DNA of 24,000 nucleotides, taken from Prochlorococcus marinus str. MIT 0919 (GTDB taxonomy: Bacteria > Cyanobacteriota > Cyanobacteriia > PCC-6307 > Cyanobiaceae). The stretch lies in the NCBI RefSeq assembly GCF_027359375.1, contig NZ_CP114779.1:1481598-1505597 (forward strand), read 5' to 3'. The notes below the pieces were generated by a model. That model ran no database searches. It saw only the letters and a list, made by a program, of their open reading frames with translations, and was not told the origin of the DNA. The number at the start of each line of letters is the position of its first letter. The first letter of the stretch is position 1. Below, piece by piece: positions 18,613 through 24,000 of this stretch. Both the position numbers and the translations under genes were made by a program.

Positions 18613-19506
18613 CTAGATATTAGTTAGACTATTTATGGCAAGTTTAATAATTTTAATCACTTCTATATTTTTTTCTTTATCTAATCTTTGCTGTAGATAG
18701 CTAACCTGACCTAATGCATTAAATCTCATTAGTGATAACGCTGTCTGTTTCCTAACTTCATTATTATCGCTATTTAATTTGTCAATTAATGCTCTTGAAA
18801 ACCATTCTTCTTGTTGAAAGAAATTAATTAACCTTATAGCTTCAATTTGCACTTCATACGAGGGGTCATTTAATGCTTCCTTAACAATATTCTTTGCATC
18901 TCTATCGTTTAAGTTTTCTATTTGATCTCCAAGTGCAGCAATTGCAGATGCTCTAACAAGTTGATTTTTTGACTTAGCAGCTTTTTTGATTTCTTTAGAT
19001 CCCTTTGCCCCAATAAAAGCGAGTCCCCATCGTGCAAGCCCACATTGTGTTGAAGAACTTTGAGGGTGTTCTAGCACTTTGACTAGATATTCAACAGCTG
19101 TTCCCCCAAAAATTGCTATAGCTCCTGCTGAAGATCCTTGCACAACAGGATCCTCATCATTTAGTAATGCTTTAAGTAGGTCGGGCAATGCTTCTGGATC
19201 ACCAACTAATTTAAGTGTTTTTGCGGCAGCTCTCCTCACGGTTACATTCTTACTATTTAATAATGCTTGGCGAAGTTGAGGTAAGGCTTTAGGGCCTATT
19301 AATCCAAGACTTTCAGAGAATGTTCTCCTAAGCAGGCCTCTTTGGTCTGCAAGCCCTGCTATAAGCGCTCTGATTTGACTTTCAGTTCCTTCAAGCTTTT
19401 GACCTTTTTTAAGACTTAAAGTCAATTCTTTGGCAAGAGTCGCAGCCTCGTCGGCAGTAAGGCTTAATTCTTGAGTATTAATTGAGGACAGGAAGCTTTC
19501 GTTCAA
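18613..19506 (-). CDS. mpeX: MpeU/MpeV/CpeF-like E/F-clan bilin lyase (named mpeX in P. marinus SS120)
   Basis: 297 aa with clear PBS-lyase HEAT-like repeats (VTVRRAAAKTLKLVGDPEALPDLLKALLNDEDPVVQGSSAGAIAIFG; NQLVRASAIAALG; PSYEVQIEAIRLI). The symbol comes from my recollection of the SS120 cluster description, not from a search. Confidence 0.7.
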   Translation of the reverse strand: MNESFLSSINTQELSLTADEAATLAKELTLSLKKGQKLEGTESQIRALIAGLADQRGLLRRTFSESLGLIGPKALPQLRQALLNSKNVTVRRAAAKTLKLVGDPEALPDLLKALLNDEDPVVQGSSAGAIAIFGGTAVEYLVKVLEHPQSSSTQCGLARWGLAFIGAKGSKEIKKAAKSKNQLVRASAIAALGDQIENLNDRDAKNIVKEALNDPSYEVQIEAIRLINFFQQEEWFSRALIDKLNSDNNEVRKQTALSLMRFNALGQVSYLQQRLDKEKNIEVIKIIKLAINSLTNI

Positions 19507-19645
19507 ACTTCAAATAATTCTAATTCTATTATGGTGTGTTAGGCATTGCTAAAAGCTCTAGCTAAGCATTTAGCTTTGTAAATTCCTCCGAGAGGCTTTC
19601 TATGCAATTAGTAAATTAGTTATATGAATTAAATCTGATTTATAT

Positions 19646-20977
19646 ATGAAATCAGACTTGTTTGATAATTTGCCTTGTCTTCCTAAAGATTTGGCTTTTA
19701 GCATTTTAGACACTCCAGTTAATTGCTTGAAACTTTCAAGTGACTATTACAAAGCAATTTTTCATTTAGCTAAATACCCAGGGTTTGAAACCGAAGAAAA
19801 ACTTATTTTCTTTCTTAACAATCAATCTTCTGAGCAGCCTATACACATTGCAAAAAGAAAAGCGATAGAAGTTTTAGCTCAATTAAATTGTAAGCGGGCA
19901 ATGCCTTTTATTAGAGTTTATTTAGATAGTCCTGATCCATATACTGTAGAAAGCACCATATGGTCATTGCAAGAACTTGGTTGCCGAGATAAAGCCTTTG
20001 TTAGAAAAGTCAGTTCTTTACTTTGTAAGCCAAATCAAAATCATAGGTTTCTAATTCAAGCACTTGTCAAAATGGAAGCAAAATCTGAAATTCATATAAT
20101 AAGAGATTTTTTTAATAATCCAATTGCATCACAAGCTGCGAAAGGTGCATGTATAGCAGCATTCTCAAAATTGATAGGAGACAAATCTTGCTTGGATCAA
20201 TTGCAGGATTTCTTGAAATCTTCAAATCAGAATGATAGACAATCTGCTGTTCAAGATATTATAGATTCCAATAGTATAAATCTTCTTCCAAGAGTTCTAG
20301 AAGCTCCAATATCTCCATTTTTTAAATGCCGTGCAATTAATTCTTTATTCACTGAAGATTTGTCACCTGAGAAGAATCAGGGAATTAATGTTCTAGAATT
20401 TATTAATAGAGTTTTAATTGATAATCCAAGTCAGATATCTAATTTATACCATTATGGAAGCACTACAGATGTAAATTATTTGATCAATCAGCTACTCAAT
20501 ACAGATTTTGCAAAATCTTATGGCGCAATAGAAATTTTGATGACCAAAGATATCAGAGATCTATTACCTTGCTTAAAGAAATTATGGGATAAATTGACAA
20601 AAGATTATGGCTCGATTTATTTCTTGACAATGCTTTTTAGAGACATAGGAAAGCTAGAAAAACATGATCAAAATAAAATTAAAAAGTTCTTATTTTCTTG
20701 TTTAGGAAATAATTGGCCTTTGTTTATGAAGTTTAGGCCTTCAGCAATTATATCTTTAATGATGATAGACAAAGCTATGTGCAAAGATTATATACCTAAT
20801 TGGCTAGATGAAAAAAATAATCCATATTGGGCTTGTCGCTATGCTGTATTGATGTCTATTGAAGACTCATTTAATCTAGATGAAATAATAGAATTTTCTC
20901 CAATTATCCAAACTCTTAATCGAGATAGTCATAGGTTTGTACGAGCAAAGGCTTTACAGATTGCTTCTAAGTTCTAG
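19646..20977 (+). CDS. cpeY: HEAT-repeat phycoerythrin bilin-lyase subunit (CpeY-like)
   Basis: 443 aa, the size class of CpeY. HEAT-like repeats (IAKRKAIEVLAQLNCKRAMPFIRVYLDSPDPYTVESTIWSLQELG; SHRFVRAKALQIA). Divergent from mpeX within the PE cluster. Confidence 0.75.
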   Translation: MKSDLFDNLPCLPKDLAFSILDTPVNCLKLSSDYYKAIFHLAKYPGFETEEKLIFFLNNQSSEQPIHIAKRKAIEVLAQLNCKRAMPFIRVYLDSPDPYTVESTIWSLQELGCRDKAFVRKVSSLLCKPNQNHRFLIQALVKMEAKSEIHIIRDFFNNPIASQAAKGACIAAFSKLIGDKSCLDQLQDFLKSSNQNDRQSAVQDIIDSNSINLLPRVLEAPISPFFKCRAINSLFTEDLSPEKNQGINVLEFINRVLIDNPSQISNLYHYGSTTDVNYLINQLLNTDFAKSYGAIEILMTKDIRDLLPCLKKLWDKLTKDYGSIYFLTMLFRDIGKLEKHDQNKIKKFLFSCLGNNWPLFMKFRPSAIISLMMIDKAMCKDYIPNWLDEKNNPYWACRYAVLMSIEDSFNLDEIIEFSPIIQTLNRDSHRFVRAKALQIASKF

Positions 20978-20997
20978 ATTATTTAATTAAGAAAATA

Positions 20998-21576
20998 TTA
21001 ATCAATATTTTCTTCTAGCCTGACAAATTTAAGAGCACCAGATATCGAACCCCAAATCTTTTCATTTGTATCTATATCAAATCCTTCATCTATACTCACC
21101 CAGCTATGTTTATTTATCTCCACTTGGCTTATTAAATAAGTTTCTTTGCCATCCTTTTGTATGATACATTTCTTACAATTCTTTAGCTTTCCTATATAAT
21201 GACCTTTATCTAATTCGGTAAATTCCATTTCGCAACCATTTCTAATTTTTATTTGACCTGCTTCGATATATTTCAGTAAATCACTTTGGAATCCAGCTCC
21301 AGCAACTTTTTTTGAATTAGTCAACATGAAATTCTTTAATAAAAAAGTGTTATTCTCGTAATATAATTTATGTACAGCTTGACGATATGGCGACCATGGA
21401 CTGTAGTTGAAACTTTGCTCGGAATAAAAACTAGGCACATTAAATAAATCAATTGGAAGCGTTCTTACATATATATCAATATGTGCAAAGTCTTTTGGAC
21501 TATTAATTGCTTGCTCTTTATTACTAAAGTGACCGGTAAATGCTCTAGTAAAGTTATCTAATCTACTTAGATTCAT
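20998..21576 (-). CDS. cpeT: T-type phycobiliprotein bilin lyase (CpcT/CpeT family)
   Basis: 192 aa. N-terminal family signature F..AFTGHFSNKEQA..SPKDFAHI.IY.R. Overlaps the cpeS 3' end by 14 nt, suggesting translational coupling. Confidence 0.88.
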   Translation of the reverse strand: MNLSRLDNFTRAFTGHFSNKEQAINSPKDFAHIDIYVRTLPIDLFNVPSFYSEQSFNYSPWSPYRQAVHKLYYENNTFLLKNFMLTNSKKVAGAGFQSDLLKYIEAGQIKIRNGCEMEFTELDKGHYIGKLKNCKKCIIQKDGKETYLISQVEINKHSWVSIDEGFDIDTNEKIWGSISGALKFVRLEENID

Positions 21577-22099
21577 TAATTCTTACTTCAGAGCAGAACG
21601 AAGATTGCAATATCCCTGACCCTTTTGTTGTACTAACAATAGATGACCTGCATCGAAAATTATCGGTTTGAAACCATATCTTTTCCTCTGCAAAAGATTG
21701 ATTATATTCCGTTGATAATATCAAGGTGCCATCATCTAAAAAATTAAACTTAGATATGGTTTTTACTTTTTCGGTATAGCCAATGCTTCGAATAATAATC
21801 CCATTTTCTTTCCCAGTTATTATAGGAACTAATATAGTTGATCCTTGCATGTTGCCTTCTAGATCATTATTTCCCCAATCACTATCTGGATTCCAACTTA
21901 TTTTAAAAGGGGATTTAATAGTTCCAGTTTGAGCGTTGTACTCCTCAGCCAGTTTTTTGACATTGGGATTATTACTAGTTAAAGATTCAATTGAAATAGT
22001 ACTGACAATGTCTTCAAATTGCTTGAAAGCTAGGGAATGGCTGCTTCTCATTGACTTCCATTTGCCTAGGCTTTGAGCGACAAATTGCTCAATCCTCAT
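21563..22099 (-). CDS. cpeS: S-type phycobiliprotein bilin lyase (CpcS/CpeS family)
   Basis: 178 aa. N-terminal family signature IEQFVAQSLGKWKSMRSSHSLAF, with a beta-barrel-like remainder. Confidence 0.88.
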   Translation of the reverse strand: MRIEQFVAQSLGKWKSMRSSHSLAFKQFEDIVSTISIESLTSNNPNVKKLAEEYNAQTGTIKSPFKISWNPDSDWGNNDLEGNMQGSTILVPIITGKENGIIIRSIGYTEKVKTISKFNFLDDGTLILSTEYNQSFAEEKIWFQTDNFRCRSSIVSTTKGSGILQSSFCSEVRINESK

Positions 22100-22277
22100 C
22101 TTCAGTATTTAAAGCTTTTTCTTTACCAGCCCTTAAATCTGGATGACTACCTTGTTGAATCATTCTTACCATTGAATCCACCATCATTGACATTGCCATT
22201 GGAACTTCTTTGCCGGATGGAGTTTGAGCGGATTGATCCCCTGGTTTTTTGTTCGAATTAGGTCTCTTTATAGTCAT
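22089..22277 (-). CDS. Hypothetical 62-aa Met-rich protein within the linker/lyase gene string
   Basis: ATG-to-TGA ORF co-oriented with ppeC (16 nt upstream) and overlapping the cpeS start by 11 nt. Basic N-terminus, Met-rich centre (PMAMSMMVDSMVRMIQQG), acidic C-terminus (NTEDED). The opposite-strand ORF 22073-22261 is the likely shadow. I recognise no family. Confidence 0.5.
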   Translation of the reverse strand: MTIKRPNSNKKPGDQSAQTPSGKEVPMAMSMMVDSMVRMIQQGSHPDLRAGKEKALNTEDED

Positions 22278-22293
22278 TCTAATGTTTCTTGCA

Positions 22294-23088
22294 TCAACAA
22301 TTTAGATTATCACTAGTTGCAAAACCCTTTTGATAGGCAGCAGTCTTTATAAAGCTTGATGTCCTAGCCCCTATAGGGGAGTCCCAAAATCGCTCGTAAG
22401 GGACTACATCCTCACCAAACAACTCTTGGTATTCTATTGAATCTATAATTGAATCAATATGATTATCGAAACCATAAGAGTTAATCAACTCTATATTGTT
22501 TATTAGCTCATTTTGATCAACGATTGGCCGTCCAAGTAAATGCTTGAAATTCATTTCTAAGCATTTAATCTGACTGACTTTTGTAAAATAGTGATATTTG
22601 TAGAAACTTGACTTAGCAAGATCTCTTACAAAATCTCTAATACAGATATCTCCATTCCGGAGTCGTCTTTCAGAGTCTATAGACTTTTCACTATCCATTG
22701 GGTACAAGTTTCCATAAACTTGTTTATAACAAGCAGTTATTGCAATTTTTAGTGAAGAGTCGTCATATGGTGTATATACTTGATAAGTAAAAGCCTCAAT
22801 ATTATCTGTAATATACTTTTTACCAATTGGTTTTTGTTCAATTAGATAATTCTCACGTTTATATAATCTAGTAAAAGTATTCTCAAGTGATATTAGGTTT
22901 GGTTTTAAGCCTGAATATAAGTTTTCCTTGAATTTAGTTGGTTGGCCTGGCATACAAGCACTTTTTGAGTGCATATAATAAGTAGTCTGATTACTTCCCG
23001 CCACTCTACTTTTACCATAGCTGATTGGATGCTTGGTGTTTATACCTGAAAGTATTCTTTCGAAAGAATTTTTAGTAAGATGTTTCAT
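22294..23088 (-). CDS. ppeC: Phycoerythrin-associated linker polypeptide (PBS-linker domain; ppeC of Prochlorococcus)
   Basis: 264 aa. From about aa 110 the sequence shows PBS-linker (Pfam PF00427-type) motifs: I.ACYKQVYGN....SE......E..LRNG.I.IRDFVR.LAKS..Y...F. An N-terminal extension of about 105 aa precedes the domain. Confidence 0.85.
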   Translation of the reverse strand: MKHLTKNSFERILSGINTKHPISYGKSRVAGSNQTTYYMHSKSACMPGQPTKFKENLYSGLKPNLISLENTFTRLYKRENYLIEQKPIGKKYITDNIEAFTYQVYTPYDDSSLKIAITACYKQVYGNLYPMDSEKSIDSERRLRNGDICIRDFVRDLAKSSFYKYHYFTKVSQIKCLEMNFKHLLGRPIVDQNELINNIELINSYGFDNHIDSIIDSIEYQELFGEDVVPYERFWDSPIGARTSSFIKTAAYQKGFATSDNLNC

Positions 23089-23100
23089 TTAAGAGATTGA

Positions 23101-24000
23101 TCAATTATCCAGATCTGCCATAAGTATATTTTCCATTTTTGATGAAGTATCAAGTTTGAATTTTTTAATACTAACCTTGTCCAGTATTAATACTGCAATA
23201 ATAGTTATAATTATTTCTAAAAAGAATACAAATGAGAATGCTATTAATGGATTTTCAGGCCCTGATATAACCCTTCCAATATCCAGCAAGCCTCCTCCTA
23301 GTAACTTGCCCATAGCTCTTGAGAGCGCTTGTGCAAGTCCCCATACCCCTACAAATGTGCCTGCCACTTCCGGTAAAGTTAAATCAAGCATTAAAGATAG
23401 TGCACTATTTGTAGCTATACCCGCTGCTAATCCAAATATGAATAATACTCCGAATAGTAGGTTTTCATTTTTAACAAAACCACTCAAGACTAATAAAATT
23501 AGTGATGATGTTATCATCCAGCAACCAATTTTTGCAGTTGAGAACTTCCCAATCCTAGGCGTTATCCATAGGCCTGCAATTAAAAGTCCTATGAGTGTAC
23601 CTACTCCCCAATATGCATTTAGTAATGTTGTTTTAGATATTGGTAAACTAAAAACTTCAGCTCCAAAACTTTCTAAAATTGGATCTTGCAAGAAAAGACC
23701 TAATGTATAAAAAATTAGGAAGCTAAAGAATATAAATATTTGCTTACTAGATAATATCAATGCCCAAGCTTCTTTAAGGCCAATTTCCTTGGCTTCATTT
23801 TTTTTACTATGTATTTGCTTTGTACCTTTTTTTTCAATCCCTAGACAAGAAATGATTGAAATTGCAAAGATAATTAAACCGACTCGAAGCATAAATTTCT
23901 GCAGGGTTGTCTGCAAAATCAATGGGTCAGATATTCCATCAAGACCTTTAGTTGCTATTGATATTGCTATCGCACCTACGACTATTCCAATCGTTAGCAT
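23101..24000 (-). CDS. PucC/LhaA-family MFS transporter (BCD family), 5'-truncated by the window edge
   Basis: 299 aa in view, all polytopic membrane helices. Family-like motif GTFVGVWGLAQALSRAMGKLLGGGLLDIG. Family members are roughly 450+ aa, so the N-terminal part should lie beyond base 24000; the ATG at the edge is probably coincidental. Confidence 0.8.
   Translation of the reverse strand: MLTIGIVVGAIAISIATKGLDGISDPLILQTTLQKFMLRVGLIIFAISIISCLGIEKKGTKQIHSKKNEAKEIGLKEAWALILSSKQIFIFFSFLIFYTLGLFLQDPILESFGAEVFSLPISKTTLLNAYWGVGTLIGLLIAGLWITPRIGKFSTAKIGCWMITSSLILLVLSGFVKNENLLFGVLFIFGLAAGIATNSALSLMLDLTLPEVAGTFVGVWGLAQALSRAMGKLLGGGLLDIGRVISGPENPLIAFSFVFFLEIIITIIAVLILDKVSIKKFKLDTSSKMENILMADLDN

Noticed and set aside
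18143-19279. ORFs 18143-18325 (minus) and 19079-19279 (plus), antisense to cpeZ and mpeX
   Set aside because: They are shadow ORFs. The opposite strands encode HEAT-repeat proteins of the expected size and position.
22251-22258. GTTCGAAT, resembling a tRNA T-loop
   Set aside because: The flanking bases (TTTTG / TAGGT) cannot form a T-stem, and no acceptor or anticodon arms can be drawn. It sits inside a coding frame.
22073-22261. 62-aa plus-strand ORF mirroring the minus-strand 62-aa ORF
   Set aside because: Only one of the pair can reasonably be real. The minus-strand frame is co-oriented and overlap-coupled with cpeS and has a more protein-like composition, while the plus-strand product is Leu/Pro-rich. 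This rejection is not certain; see the finding on 22089-22277.
23156-23710. 184-aa plus-strand ORF antisense to the PucC-like gene
   Set aside because: It is the mirror image of a polytopic membrane protein gene. Its product is Ser/Pro/Asn/Ile-rich with no motifs.

Overview
The window reads as a compact, AT-rich stretch of marine picocyanobacterial chromosome. By recall only (no search run), it best fits a low-light-adapted Prochlorococcus marinus of the SS120/CCMP1375 type. Spacers are mostly 0-25 nt and several genes overlap.

Positions 1-16.3 kb are core housekeeping and photosynthesis genes:
- chlD
- an MlaF/MlaD-like (TGD-like) ABC lipid-transport pair
- a membrane-anchored YvcK/CofD-family protein
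- ndhC-ndhK-ndhJ
- the conserved rubA-ycf48-psbE-psbF-psbL-psbJ block (psbF and psbL are below the ORF-track cutoff; I translated them by hand)
- mtnP
- a flavoprotein-oxidoreductase::SelD fusion
- a CCA-adding/poly(A) polymerase family enzyme
- a UvrD/PcrA helicase

Positions 16.4-24 kb are the Prochlorococcus-type phycoerythrin (PE-III) cluster: cpeB-cpeA, cpeZ, an MpeU/V-like lyase (mpeX), cpeY, cpeT, cpeS, a 62-aa ORF, the linker ppeC, and a 5'-truncated PucC/LhaA-family MFS gene running off the right edge.

I found no rRNA, tRNA, CRISPR array, transposase, integrase or recognisable defence or toxin genes. I cannot honestly point to a clearly novel multi-gene system.

The items most worth a second look are:
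- two uncharacterised small ORFs embedded in or bordering the PE cluster
- the tight co-orientation of the PucC-like transporter with the linker/lyase genes
- a G+C-elevated, hairpin-containing 237-nt region upstream of cpeB
- several exact-sequence curiosities: shared 5' ends of ycf48 and cpeZ, a 16-nt repeat in psbL and psbJ exactly 200 nt apart, and a head-to-head start-codon overlap of mtnP and selD

All functional calls rest on motif recognition in the supplied translations and on remembered family knowledge. No database search was run.
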